Shown: in pieces, positions 13,257-26,837 of the stretch
Position numbering within the stretch: position 1 is the stretch's first letter
How the letters are laid out: each line of letters starts with the position of its first letter
Assembly (NCBI GenBank): GCA_951406725.2
Contig: OX597835.1
Location: forward strand, 5,828,001 to 5,892,000
From: Octopus vulgaris
Lineage: Eukaryota
Direction: 5' to 3'
DNA length: 64,000 nt
Notes under the pieces: generated by a model
Seen by the model: only the letters and a program-made list of their open reading frames with translations
Told to the model about the DNA's origin: nothing
Databases searched by the model: none
Program-made: the position numbers and the translations under genes

Positions 13257-13528
13257 CATATATGGGTACAGGACATCAAACAAAAACAACAACGTTGAAC
13301 ACAAGGAGAAACGAAAACATAAAAACAAAAGTATAGAAGTCGTGTCTTGGCCTTGCCTTCGTCCACGCGGAGTAGAAGAAACAGGGACAACTGAAGAAGG
13401 GGAATATCCTTTATGTTGTATGTCTAGTTTTTCTGTTTGTTTGTTTTTTCCGTTATTCGTGTTTTTGTTTTTATGTTTTCGTTTCTCATTGTGTTCAACG
13501 TTTTTGGGATGTCCTGTGCCCATATATG
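13257..13528. mobile_element. Penelope-like or MITE-like remnant with ~70-bp terminal inverted repeats
   Basis: CATATATGGGTACAGGACATC..ACGTTGAACACAAGGAGAAACGAAAACATAAAAACAAAA vs its reverse complement at 13461-13528; embedded in (TA)n; internal CTGAAGA plus a small hairpin. Confidence 0.65.
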
Positions 13529-14018
13529 CCTGTATATATATATACATATATATGTAGGTATGTACATATATGTATGTATATATGCATATATTTATATATC
13601 ATTTATATTACTACATGATCGAACGCCTCGCATCCTTTTCCAAGTAAGTATATATTAATATATATATATATATAATGATGGATTCTCATGTCACGAACGA
13701 CAAATAAGGGTTCAATAATACAAATCGTTAATCATGTTCCATGGACATAAATTTGTCTCTTGTGGCCTGCTGTCTTACATACCTATTGGCAAATGGAACA
13801 AGCTGAGAACATTGTTTGAGTGTTTGTTGATGATTCAATATTTTTTTTAGTGTTTTTACTGCGTCCCTCAAAACCACAACGAGAGGTAAATAATTAAAGT
13901 TGATTTAAATTGCATGGAATTTGCTAATGTGCAGTGAATAGGCATTGTAAAATCTGTATTAGAGAACGAAGTTTTCGTTTAGAGAAGCAGCGTTTCCCCG
14001 GGGTGCCTTCATACTTAC

Positions 14019-14155
14019 ACCAAGTTGGTTCCGGTGTCGGAGTCGACGTTGCTCACATCTTTGAACTGGGGAGAAGCAGGACTGGCGCCAGGTCCTTCGT
14101 TCTGATGCTTTGTTTTACCACGAAGGAAAGGCAATGTTGCATCGCTTGATATCGT
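14019..14155 (-). CDS. Candidate internal exon, unknown product
   Basis: GT|GTAAGTAT donor at 14018-14011; GC-richer unique sequence; open frame TISSDATLPFLRGKTKHQNEGPGASPASPQFKDVSNVDSDTGTNL. An in-frame alternative acceptor CTTCTCCCCAG lies at 14066. Confidence 0.35.
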
Positions 14156-14925
14156 CTTTTAGTTTATATATATGTATAGTGAGAGAGAAAGGATGAGAAA
14201 TCAAGTGACTATTCGTGTATCATGCAACGGAGAGAAATTGGAACAGTATATTAAGAAATAACCATCTTACAATAAATGACTTTCGAGGAATATTCACAAT
14301 GCTAATTATGCAATATATCATTAAAGTTAATGGAGACGTTCTCGCTTTTGGATGTTATCGATGCGGTGATGCTGTAAATAAGATACTTGCCGTATGATGA
14401 TTTATGTGGTTCGTATCAAGTAATTATTATCAGTATGCTATCTCATCTAAGCTTCCAAGTAATATTGTATTTCTATAGTTTGCATGTCATATCACTTCTT
14501 AAAAGAATTTCGAATATGGCCGTGAAGACTCGATGGATCATTTATGATTAATGAACACTTAAGTGAATCTCTTTATGTCGGCGTAGCAAGCAGGAATGTT
14601 TTAAATCTTCACTTCGCCACCATGAGATTTAGCCATGGTTCTATCCCTATGAGTGTTATTTACTATAGCCTCCGGTTTACCAGTAACATGTACGGAAAAT
14701 TGGGTAAAACAAGAAACTGTAGAGAAGCCCGTCCGGTAAATTGTTCTCGGAATTCGGAAACGGATAATTTTGTCACACACTGTCAGGCAGATTATGGGTG
14801 AGAACATGGTTAAGGGTATATGGGTCTGTAGGCGGCGAGCTGGCAGAATCGTTAGCACGATAGACAGAGAAACAAAGATAGGTGCAGGAAATTCATATAT
14901 AGAGAGATATATACACATGCATGTA

Positions 14926-14984
<59 letters not shown>

Positions 14985-15033
14985 TAAACAGCTAGACAGA
15001 CATATATAGAAAAAGACTAACACATAGACCGAG

Positions 15034-15109
<76 letters not shown>

Positions 15110-15811
15110 TACACGCATTGCAGTTTATGCAATATATTTCCACGGCAATACAACATTGCACCGATAATTTTTAGATTAATTACATAATCTAAGCTGCATT
15201 TCTCTAATTCAATTAATAAGTTTTTGTAGTTCGATCTAACGATCCATAATTTCATTTCTTATACAAATATCTGCCTAGCCGTCGGGAACCAAAGACTAAA
15301 CAAGAAAAAAGAAAATCAAAACAGCTTATCGCTTCCATAGCAGAATAACGTAAGTTAGGAGGAGAGGATAAAGGAGGAGTAAGAGGGAGAGAGAGGTGGA
15401 ATAAAATCAGAAATGCATTACTGCTTTCCCCATCCTAATAACACGAGACCTTCAGCGAGAATTTCGTCTTTGCACCGGATGATGTCGTGTAAACCAATTA
15501 AATCTGTTTTAGGAATTTCATTCAAAGATGAACATGAAATGAACTGGCATGAGAGGTTAATGCAAAAGTATCCGATATCATTGTGTCTGTTACCGTATAT
15601 TATAACCTACTACATTTTAACGCCGAAATATCAGCCTGAAGTTATGACTCGATTCATTGGGCAAAATTGGGAAAATAAAATATTGCAATGGCTTTTACTT
15701 CTTAATATACATGCGTATGTTTGTGAGTGTGTATATAAGCATGTATCTATATTTATATACATACACACACATAAATATATAGATGTATACAAAAACGTAG
15801 AAATATATATA

Positions 15812-15869
<58 letters not shown>

Positions 15870-15959
15870 CATACATGCATAGAACAAATAACGAGGGATT
15901 ATCGATCCAGCCAAAATACTTCATGCGCTCGCTGTTGGCACGCCAGGCTAATCAACGCC

Positions 15960-16845
15960 GACGAATCAGTAGGTTTTTGGTTGGGCTCCTGAAGAGACAG
16001 GGTGATGCCATTGGACGGCATCGTCGGACGCTGGACCAACTGACCAGTCAAACTGCTGGGGGTCTGATTTGATCCCTATCTCCCGGTTGCTAAGAACTGG
16101 GACGAGATGGCGAACAGGTTGGCCAGTCGTACTCAGAAATGGACTAAGAAAAAGCTGCGCCTCAAAGGTCGAACAAAGGTGGCGAATGCTGATATCTCCT
16201 CCGTTAACATTTATCGCCTGACTGGTTACTGTTTAACCGGGTTGGAGTGTCTCTTATTTAAATTCTTGTGGAGGGGACGCGATCCAATTGTCAGGCGGTC
16301 AGTCTCTTGCCAACATCCTCTGAATGGCGGATTTGGTATGCCGTGGGTCCCTATGCTCGATAGGCCCCCTGCTCGATAGAGCTCTCATTGACTTCTTCAA
16401 ATTTCTCTGAAAAAGGAAATTGAGAATAGAGGGAGAAGTCCTATCCTCGAGTGAGTTTATTGAAAGGTGAGGGAAAGTTGCGAAAATAGCAAGAGTGGAT
16501 GGTACCTCTCTAAGTGTAGACCTGTGAGTCGAATAGAAGGAGTTGGAGAGGGCACTTGCCCTTGGGGTTTCAGGGAAATCTCGGACAGTGGTGTTCCTCG
16601 ATTATCCCAAGAGACGTTCCTGCATCAGGAAGGCCGCATCTCTATCATCTTGCCACTTCTTTTCCTTTAAGGCTTCGTATACTATGCATACGTCCTTTGT
16701 TTTTCAGTGTACACCCTGAATACTTACAGTCTTTCTTTCTCTTTTTTCTTATCATTTTGTTATATGTAAACCCCCACACTTTATATCTGTCTTTGTATTG
16801 TCCCCCTCATCTTTCGCCCTTGTGACAAATAAATGAAATCATCAT
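15960..16845 (+). mobile_element. 5'-truncated, internally deleted L1-Tx1-like LINE (ORF2 C-terminal part plus 3' UTR)
   Basis: PVKLLGV..KNWDE..KWTKKKLRLKGRTKVAN..IYRL..LLFKFLWRGRDPIVRRSVSCQHPLNGGFGMP matches the post-RT motifs LSxxGR..FLW..GGLG; ends AATAAATGAAATCATCATT. Confidence 0.8.
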
Positions 16846-16941
16846 TATTATTGTTGTTGTTAAAAACGTTGTTATGTACATAAACACGAACACAAACGCA
16901 CACTCGAAGCTCACTATATATGATATGTTTCAGAGTATGTG

Positions 16942-16976
<35 letters not shown>

Positions 16977-17371
16977 TGTGTGTGTGTGTGTATATGTATT
17001 CCGGTGCATATGTGTGTGTGTGTCAGTGTGTTTATGTATGTATATAGGTATATATACATGTGTACAAATATAACTACCATTAGACACACATGTCTAGATG
17101 CATGCACTGCACACATGTACATACACCTATTACATTCATATAAGCGCGCATGCACACATACATGCAGATGCGGACACATATTTGTTCTTGGTTGCCAGTG
17201 ATTAAGCACGTGTAAAAGTTAATGACTTTCGGTGTGTATACGCTCATGTTTTATATAAGACGATTGAGTTCAAACGGTTATGTCACAATATAATCCGAAA
17301 TATGATACTTATAAATACATATCTCGTACAGTGCTTTGTGCTTAATTCTGCTCATGTGTGCACGAATGGAT

Positions 17372-17424
<53 letters not shown>

Positions 17425-17469
17425 AAATAATCTCACTTGAAGCAACCATATTCATAATCCGCTTATGTT

Positions 17470-17505
<36 letters not shown>

Positions 17506-17579
17506 ATATATATATATGTGTGTGTGTGTATGTGTGTTTGCATGTGTATATATGTATATATGCTAGTATGTAGAGAAAC

Positions 17580-17630
<51 letters not shown>

Positions 17631-17868
17631 CATACAAACTTGTATACATGCATTCATAACAATAGTGGTGTGTGATGCATATATGTATCTAAATATTCGT
17701 GTATATATATGTGTGTGTGTATGTATACATACACACACCCACACACATGTATAGGTATAATTATATCTAAACTGGCGAATATAATTCTGTATCTTTGTTT
17801 GTGTGAGTGTGAGAGAGAGAGAGAGAGAGTAAATAAATACAAAAGCACACACACATACACGCACATAA

Positions 17869-17917
<49 letters not shown>

Positions 17918-17921
17918 TGTA

Positions 17922-17996
<75 letters not shown>

Positions 17997-18453
17997 TTTA
18001 TACATATATGCACATATACACACACACTCATATATATGGATGGATGGATGGATTGATGTGTGTGTGTGTGTGTGTACACGCATGTGGTTACATACGATGC
18101 ATCAGGCAGCTGAGCTGTTACGACTATATATAGAATATCGTATTCAGAGCCGATTAGGAATTTTCCTTGACAATGAATAAATATTACAGATATTAATGAT
18201 AAACCTATTTAAATTCAGGCTTAAACTATTTTTATACATTCTTTCTATTAATTTCCGTTTAGCTGCCATTTTTTTTTTTTCCTTTTTATTTGGTTTTTGT
18301 TCATTGTTGATTTTATCAGACACAAACTTGCATGTGCCTATGTACGTGCAGATCTATTTGTCCACCTATCTATCTGTCTATCTATTTATCTGTAAAAACC
18401 TATCGAACTCTCTATATTTGTATCGATGTATTCCTCAATCAATCAATCAATCA

Positions 18454-18488
<35 letters not shown>

Positions 18489-18497
18489 CATCAATCA

Positions 18498-18552
<55 letters not shown>

Positions 18553-18557
18553 CATCC

Positions 18558-18604
<47 letters not shown>

Positions 18605-18695
18605 AACCAACCAATCTATTTATGTATGTATACCTCTATCAAACTATCAATCTATCTGTCAATCTATCGATGATTCTTTCAGTTTCTATCTTTCT

Positions 18696-18736
<41 letters not shown>

Positions 18737-18744
18737 CATATAAT

Positions 18745-18813
<69 letters not shown>

Positions 18814-18915
18814 TATATACATATATATACGCAAATATATACGTCGACACAACCACTTATATATTTATGCTTAGGCATACATATACATATATATATCTTT
18901 ATATATGTATGTATG

Positions 18916-18965
<50 letters not shown>

Positions 18966-19608
18966 CATATATATAAATATATTTGTGTGTTGTTGTATGC
19001 CTACACATATATGTATACTTATTGTATATAGACAGATACACACACAAACGCCTATATATATATGTGTGTGTCGCTCCATGTGATCATTATGCAATCCTAA
19101 TTTAATTAGAGTACATTCAAGCAGTTGTGCTTTATTTACTCTTTTATATGGATGAGAGGGAATAAGCGCTTAACAGAATGAGAAAGAGATAGGAAGATGC
19201 TGTGTTGTGGGAGAAGGATTTAGAGAGACAGCAACACAAAGGAGAAGGAGTGTGTTATAAGGAGAGTGGAAGGGAAACCTTTGTGAAATGATTAACGTTA
19301 GGGTCATAAAATATCTAATATAATCCTACTTTGAAGGGGGGAGGCGGGAAAGCAGCCATCTTTACATATCGACAGGAAAAGAAAAGAAAGCAAATGAAAT
19401 CCTTTCTGTTCGATCGAAGTCTGTATCCTAAAATAGCCATAATAGATTACAGAAAAAAAAAATAGGTCGTTAATTTAGTTTTATCCGATTAAGTTGAGTT
19501 AATTCTAAATATAGATTATGAGCAGATTTATCCTGAAATCTCTTTTTCATTGAAATCGTCTGCATTTTTTAGCTAGACCATATAACATGTCACATTGCAC
19601 GAGCGTGC

Positions 19609-19679
19609 GAGCTACGGGACCTCGAGCTACGGAACCTCAGGCTACGAAACCTCAGGGTAGTAAGTACGAAACCTCAGGG
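19609..19679. repeat. 15-bp minisatellite (CTACGGAACCTCGAG-like) x4
   Basis: Direct reading. Confidence 0.8.
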
Positions 19680-19749
19680 CCTCTAAGTGAGTTATTGTCT
19701 TGCTAGAAATAACAACAAAATATAACCTAATATCATACCGCCTTGACCT

Positions 19750-19910
19750 GCCTTCTCAAATTCTGTGTCATGCTGAATCTCACTGAGAACTATGTTAAGA
19801 GTACATGTGTCTGTGGAGTACTCAGCCACTTGCACGTTAATTTCACGAATACCCATCTTCGGTTGATCGGGTCAACTGGAACACTCGTCGTCGAAACTGA
19901 CTGAGATCCT
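19750..19910 (+). mobile_element. Orphan SINE tail T3
   Basis: TGTGTCATGCTGAATCTC..CTCAGCCACTTGCACGTTAATTTCACG..CTCGTCGTCG matches the tails at 32290 and 40120. Confidence 0.75.
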
Positions 19911-19968
19911 CCACTTCCACTCTTCCTGCACCATTTGAGTGCATGAATATAAAGATATTCATAACACG

Positions 19969-20006
<38 letters not shown>

Positions 20007-20136
20007 TGTACTCAAACACACACGCAAACACACAAGCATATACACACACACATTTATATATATATATAACTCTGAGAACTGGAAATCGGAGTGTTTCACT
20101 TATAATGTTACGATATAGGTGTGTGTGCATGCGCGC

Positions 20137-20177
<41 letters not shown>

Positions 20178-20204
20178 TGTGTGTGCGTGTGTGCGTGTAT
20201 GTGT

Positions 20205-20877
20205 GTTCCGAGATGGCGGCGTGCATGGGAAGGTAAGCATGCAGCACCACGTCTGGAGACAATGAAGATTTGTCATGCAAAACTGATGACCACGGACTCT
20301 GTGAACGATGCAAGAAGTGGCTTTCCCGATCAATGGAGAACATGGCAGCATTACAGGAAATGTTTAATCGTAGCTCCCAAAAAATCAACACGTGAAGCAC
20401 CTCGTGAAAGTGGACTAACAAGACACACAATACGTACGGTGTTGCATAAAGAATTGAATTTTCGTCTGTGGAAACCCCATTACAAGCAGGTGCTAAAACC
20501 TGAAAATTGTGACTGCAGAAGTCCAGAAGTCCAGAACGCCAAGAAGTCCAGATCTCACTCCATGTGATTTTTAGCTTTGCGATTACACAAAAGAAAAGGT
20601 GTACACGACAACGCATCGCACACTTGAGGACTTGGAGACGTGAATTCAGGAGGTTCTCAATTATATCCCAGAAGACGTCCTTCAGAAGGTTACTCATTCC
20701 AATCTTGGCCGTTTGAAGAAATTGGTTGAATGCAACTGAGGTTATGGTGAAATATGAAGATTTACTTTCATTTTTTTAATGTAATAAACAACATGTATTA
20801 TTTGCTTCAAGAAATTTGTAAAAGGAACGTGGATTCTTAATACCAATTTTTAATGCCTACTTACTTTTCACCCACCC

Positions 20878-20883
<6 letters not shown>
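20205..20883 (+). mobile_element. Deleted Tc1/mariner-superfamily element (rosa/DD41D-like) with 3' TIR
   Basis: PKKSTREAPRESGLTRHTIRTVLHKELNFRLWKPHYKQVLKPENCDCR (HTH region) fused to PRSPDLTPCDF*..YTKEKVY..TLEDLE; ends CTTTTCACCCACCCTATGTA. Confidence 0.8.
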
Positions 20884-20970
<87 letters not shown>

Positions 20971-20974
<4 letters not shown>

Positions 20975-21290
20975 AGGCGCAATGGCCCAGTGGTTAAGGC
21001 AGTGGACTCGCGGTCGCAGGATCGCGGTTTCGATCCTAGACCGGACATTGTGAGTATTTATTGAGAGAAAGCACCTAAAAGCTCCACGACGCTCCGGCAG
21101 GGGAGTGGGGGGGTGGCGACCCCTGTTTGTACTCTTTCGCCACAACTTTCTCTCAGTCTTTCCTCTGCTGGCCTGCTCGCTTAGCCAGCGGGGTGGCGTC
21201 ATTTGAAGGCTAAAACAATGCGAAGAGCATTGTGACCAGCGATGTGTAGCAACATCTGATAGCCTGATCGGTCACTGTGATCACGGTGAT
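20971..21290 (+). mobile_element. SINE group A, tail type T2
   Basis: GGAGGCGCAATGGCCCAGTGGTTAAGGCAG head; tail GGCCTGCTCGCTTAGCCAGCGGGGTGGCGTCATTTGAAGGC..CACGGTGAT. Confidence 0.85.
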
Positions 21291-21307
21291 ATATATATAT
21301 ATATATA

Positions 21308-21575
21308 CAGTCGTCATGATAGATCGTTAGCCACTACACACATTTTATTCTCTCCTTGTTTTTTTCTGTGTCCCTTTCTGTAGAAGAGCGTAGGCTCGAA
21401 ACGCAAAAGACTTTTTCTATTCCTGAGCATTATACTAATACATCTGTTTGTTTTGTACACCACCTGTCTTCGTCTTTTGTTTTTTTCCTAAACTCTCCCG
21501 ATATATATATATACATGTATAGCTCAAATTTATAGAAAAACAAAAACAAAGACGAAGACATGTGTAGGAACAACT
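21308..21575 (+). mobile_element. Penelope-like terminal remnant with hammerhead-like motif and a short inverted partner
   Basis: CTTT-CTGTAGA-A-GAGC GTAG GCTC-GAAAC-GCA-AAAG at 21374-21409; 21448-21487 is inverted relative to 21535-21573. Confidence 0.55.
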
Positions 21576-22344
21576 AGCAACTGCATTTGTTTGACGCTCG
21601 GATATATATATATATATATACATATATATATTCGCGTTTTTGCTTGAAACGTTGTTACTACGCAGGAAGTATATTAGATAAAACATGTTTGCTAAAGATT
21701 CCGGCCTCGAGATCGTTAGATAAGGTAAAGACGGGGAAGACTAAGCATGTGTTTTAAGTGAACCTACTTCAATGTAAACACCACTTAAGTAAAGTGGGAG
21801 TAATGAATCATAGCGATCATAAAACTGCTTCGAATCATTAATTGATTGATTGGTTTATTAAGAGTAACAACGATATGGAGTGATGTACCTGACGAAGGCA
21901 GACAAGTGTTATTTAGAAGACGGATGGTGAATTATTGTTTCATTCAAGTGTTTTATTGACGGAAATTAGACATTTTTACGGAACAAATGACAGATCAGAA
22001 GAGATAATATATTAGTCTACGAGCTTGAAGTTCGTAAGTTCAAATAGCCTCCGGCAACAGACGTTATAAGACCACTTATTAAACCATTCCTCTCGAAAAT
22101 ATGCATTATTTCAGTAATATAAGGAACAAATTAATGAGAAGAATCTTGTCTGGTTATTCAACCTTCAAGAAGTGGTAAATTTCAAATTAAGTTCGCTTAC
22201 TGGGTGAACTCAGCCATTCCATGAAGAGAGATCGATATGTCTGTGTGTTCAGTGTGTGGATGTATGTATTTGTGCTTTGCATGTATCTACTTATATAGGT
22301 ATGTATGTTTCTGCGTGCGTATGTATGTAGGTATGTATACTCTT

Positions 22345-22497
22345 ACTCTTTTACTCTTTCACTTGTTTCAGTCATTTGACTGCGGCCATGCTGGAGCACC
22401 GCCTTTAGTCGGGCAAATCGACCCCGGGACTTATTCTTTGTAAGCCCAGTACTTATTCTATCGGTCTCTTTTGCCGAACCGCTAAGTTACGGGATGT
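22345..22497 (-). mobile_element. SINE group C 3' half
   Basis: Reverse complement of TAAAGGCGGTGCTCCAGCATGGCCGCAGTCAAATGACTGAAACAAG with a (TAAAAGAG)n tail. Confidence 0.85.
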
Positions 22498-22499
22498 AT

Positions 22500-23330
22500 G
22501 TATGTTGACGATTATTTGTATCTCTTTTTCAGAAAGAATTTGATGTATTGAGAAACAGTCAACGGTGTTGGAGTGGCAACGGTTAAAGTTGTTGTTTAGA
22601 AAACGTTTGCTGAAATGTCGGACTGGAAGCCATCTGAATATTGGTAAGATGTTATTATGATTCGCGCCCATATCATGACTTCTAGCCAATGATCTGTGAA
22701 CACTATAACACTATAAAGATTGTAAGAGATGACATGAACAGTTGCAGCTGAGACTACGAATCCGTGGCCAACAGGAAGGGACAAAGCTGGCGTTCTAACT
22801 GCATCCGCACGCAGAAATTCATTCCCTATTCCTTGAAAAGGGACTTAGGCTAAATGGAGATGGTTATGTGATGTTGCTGGAGACTGTGGACAGGCCCTGG
22901 CTGGAGAGGATTATTGCTAGAATACCAAATGCGTGGCAGACGGTGTCGGCTCCATGCCGTACCTCCACAAAGAGTCAGAAATGGTTGTTGAAGACTTCCT
23001 ACGAAGCAGTTTCAATTTCTGGCCTCTTAATTCTATGGATTGCTCTTTGTGGGGCGTGTTTGAAATATTCCTCGACTGTTCTGCCTGCAACACCAAATCG
23101 AGTATATCAAAGAGGTGTTCGAAGATTTTCCCAGGAATATAGCGAGGGACGCATGTCCTAGGTTCCAGAGCCTTCATGGGGCCGTGATGGAATCCAAGGG
23201 CTGCTACTTTGAGTAAACTGCTATTTCCCAACCATAATCCAGCTGATATTTTTTGATGCTTGAAAAATACTTTTATTTTTGGATGAGATATTGTTTTCTT
23301 TTTCTTTTTATGCAAACTGTCAAATGCGAA
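22500..23330 (+). mobile_element. Decayed DD37D (maT)-like transposon, internally deleted
   Basis: LLETVDRPWLERIIARIPNAWQTVSAPCRTSTKSQKWL..NFWPLNSMDCSLWGVFE..SACNTK; same family as 8694-9362; N-terminal MSDWKPSEYW at ~22615. Confidence 0.75.
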
Positions 23331-23340
23331 CTTGAATGTG

Positions 23341-23435
<95 letters not shown>

Positions 23436-23814
23436 CATATATTGTGTGCGTGTGTGCGTGTATATGTGTATGTGTGTATATTTATTTTTTTTTATATAAT
23501 TCTTCTTTCAGTTTCTTTACAATGTAAACGTAAATGAATAATTACCTTGGAGTTGGTTTCATGCAAATGAGAAATCGAGCTCCGAGTGTGTTGTTTTACT
23601 GTTGTTAGTGACAAGGAAAGTTTGGGTATCGATGTACGTTAACTAGAAGAGGAGAGCTTTCAAAGCCACCCCTAAGTCCCAAATATATTAAAATATTCTG
23701 ATCTCTAACAACAAGCAATAAATATAAAACATTAAATAAATTTGTCGAAATTCCAGTTTACTTAATTGTAAAAAAAAAAACAGGTATCAATTAACCAACG
23801 GATCAGCTACAAAA

Positions 23815-24015
23815 TTAGTTTCAAAGTTTGCCACAAGGCAAACACTTTCGGGGAAGGGGTTAGGTCGATTATATCGATCCCAGTGCTAAGTTGGCATTTA
23901 TTTAATCGATTCTAAAGGATAAAAGGTAAAGTCGACGACGGCGGAATTTGAACTCGGATTGTAAAAATCAGACGAAACGCTGCCCTGCTAACGATTCAGC
24001 CAACCCTTCGCCTAA
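23815..24015 (-). mobile_element. Degenerate SINE group D
   Basis: AAAGTCGACGACGGCGGAATTTGAACTC core. Confidence 0.7.
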
Positions 24016-24057
24016 TCAGCAACACATATTAATATTATTAATTTCGATTTTGCCAGG

Positions 24058-24320
24058 GTGAAGGCGCGCTACCAATTGGTTAGAGATTTTACACTCAGGG
24101 GCCTAGGATCGTGGTTTCGCTTCTGGAACTGGGCGGTGCGATATGTTCTTGTACAAACATTTGATTTAACGTTGCTTCAGTCCTCTCTCATGTAAATCCT
24201 TAGCAGCAAAAACTGTAGAGTTAATCCGGTGACGTGTCAACGTCCCATTCAATGTGGAATGTTGTAATCTCAGTTACTTACACACCATCAGACCAGGTAA
24301 ATCACCTGGATTATGAGTTG
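24058..24320 (+). mobile_element. Degenerate SINE group B
   Basis: GTGAAGGCGCG..GGTTAGAG..GGATCGTGGTTTCG..TGTTCTTG..ACGTTGCTTCAGTCC. Confidence 0.55.
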
Positions 24321-24430
24321 TAAGGCTAAACGCAGATTGTTTTTGAAACTTGTTTGTTTGGGGATTTTTTTAATGTTCTATCGTCCCTCATTGTTGCCCG
24401 TTTTATGTTGTTAATATAAATGCAGTAAAG

Positions 24431-24575
24431 AAGGCGGCGAGCTGGCAGAATCGTTACCACACCGGAAAAATACTTATCAGCATTTCTTCCGACTTTACCT
24501 TCTGAGTTCAAATTCCGGCGAGGTCAGCATTGCCCTTCCTTTTTTGGGGTCGACAGAATACATACCAGTTGAGTT
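24431..24575 (+). mobile_element. SINE group D 5' part
   Basis: AAGGCGGCGAGCTGGCAGAATCGTTA..TTCTGAGTTCAAATTCC..GGGGTCGA. Confidence 0.75.
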
Positions 24576-24989
24576 AATCACGTTGGATGAGTATATATTT
24601 TACGAAATTCAGCATCGCGTTTTCTCTATCGATTAATCAGTCAACTGACACATCGATGTCTCCGTGTCTCGTTCAACTGTTCTTAATAGTGCATAAAGCT
24701 TTAACTTGTAATATGCCATTCGGTTGCTCCATTTTCAATTTGTGGTTCTGATTGGGAACTTCAGTATATGTTTTTTGTCCTAGATAACAACAATGCGTTG
24801 TCACTAAACTATCAACCACCTATCTGTTAGTTCATTGTAGGAGATAATACATCCCTATCCAGACGACTAGAGACGAAGCTCAGAGGATCCCGTCAACGTT
24901 GCAAAACTTCTTCATGTTTTAAACTGATTTATTAAAGTTGGTCTTTTGTTTTCCCTATTTTCATATTTTCTGAATCTAGAGAATAGAGC

Positions 24990-25340
24990 ACAACTCCTGC
25001 CCCTTTGAGGCCTTGCGTAACCAGTTAAATTTATGCTTATATTATATTTGCGCTCCTGCAGGACATACATGATTAAGGAGAAAATTCCAGAAGGGTGATG
25101 CTCTACCGATTACAGATTTGCTATAGTGGTTAGTGTAAGGCAAAGGGAGTTGAATGCAACAAACGTGGTGAGATGTGGAGAGACACGGTCTGGGAGTCCT
25201 TCAGTGGTGGAGAGTCTAGACCAGTCAGATCGGATGAAATAGCGGTCTTTCTAGTAGTAAGAGAAAAGATAGAAAGAGAAGACAGCACTCGTGCGGACCA
25301 GAGACTGACTGGGCTATGTCCCTTAATGATGTAGTATTGG
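24990..25340 (-). mobile_element. Old CR1/Jockey-like LINE 3' fragment
   Basis: Minus reading resembles an ORF2 end: VLSSLSIF..SSDLTGLDSPPL..NHYS..RASPFWNFLLNHVCP (cf. WNxLP motif). Confidence 0.5.
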
Positions 25341-25948
25341 TTTGTTTTTGTTGTTGCCGTTTGATCCGAGCTAAAGGAAATCTTCAATCAATCAGATCTA
25401 TCATGAATGGCGTTCCATCTATCGCTAGTCTCGTCCTTCCTTGTTTTATATCTGGAAGGCCTTGACATAGGGGAAATTTGACTGTTACACCTGGAAGGCC
25501 AGACGAGGTATGTAAGCTTTTGCTGGTGCATTAAACGGAATTTTTGTCCTAATCCTAGTTTAGTAGTTCTATTATGCAAACTGTTGAAGCTGTGGGCTTT
25601 ACTTGAAAATGATCTGTCCCGAACCGCACTAACCTAAATACATATGGTCACCTTGAACCATTTTGTGAGTAAACGGAATTGGCTGCCATTTTTAGCTCAA
25701 CGCCCGATCACATAAAGACTCCTTTGTTCAATAGATTTATTTGTTTGTTTGTTTTGACTAAGCCAAGATTAATTGCTGTTTCGCTCCAGGACAACCAAAT
25801 TGAACAAGGTTTACGTCTCTGACTCAATGAATATATTAACATCGCGAAGCTTCAGAATTATAATGTAACGTGAGGAAAGAGAGAAAGAGAGAGGGAGAGA
25901 GAGACAGAGAGAGAGACAGAGAACTACTCCAGGGTATAATAAGAAACT

Positions 25949-25998
25949 AATTATTATTATTATTATTATTATTATCATTATTATTATTATTATTATTA

Positions 25999-26037
<39 letters not shown>

Positions 26038-26047
26038 TATTATTATG

Positions 26048-26092
<45 letters not shown>

Positions 26093-26150
26093 TAAAAAAT
26101 AAGAAGGAGAAGAAGAAGAAGAAGAAAAAAAAGAAGAAGAAGAAGAAGAA

Positions 26151-26197
<47 letters not shown>

Positions 26198-26320
26198 AGA
26201 AGAAGAAGAAGAAGAAGAAGAAGAAGAAGAAGAAGAAGAAGAAGAAGAAGAAGAAGAAGAAGAAGAAGAAGAAGAAGAAGAAGAAGAAGAAGAAGAAGAA
26301 GAAGAAGAAGAAGAAGAAGA
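25949..26320. repeat. (TAT)n followed by (GAA)n
   Basis: Direct reading; the GAA tract spans ~26101-26320. Confidence 0.95.
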
Positions 26321-26837
26321 ATGCTATGTAACTGATACTATTTAAACACATTCACCTTTGCCGAAAGATGAATCAATCATGCGACCAAAGCTCTACCGAC
26401 AGAGTCACATTGTTTAACGTATTTCGTAGCTTACGTATATTGGGCTCGACATACGAAAACAGTGTTACAAATGCGTTAAAAGGCAGCATCCTCTTAGAAG
26501 ATTAACACCGAATAGAAAGACCCCCCCGACACACACACACCGTCGTCTGTCACTGTCGGCTGCCAAAATATAAATATATAATTCAAACAGAACGTTGACC
26601 GGTATTAAATCTAGACGGGTTCTGTTTTTTATCCTACGTGACCTCTAAAGCTAACATGACACCCGAGCGGGATTAAAGGGATGACTGAGTATTAAAGCCG
26701 TATTATATTGCTGGGGGAACGCAGAGAATGCTGGGAAGGGATCTACGGGCAAGGCTTTGAAAAGATTCGCAACAGGTGAATCGGGATGAAATAGATAACA
26801 ACGATAGCAAAACGAATCTGGGTATGATTTGGTGCAA

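Noticed and set aside
15413-16072. 219-aa ORF
   Set aside because: Chance read-through of AT-rich DNA, (TA)n and an off-frame LINE fragment.
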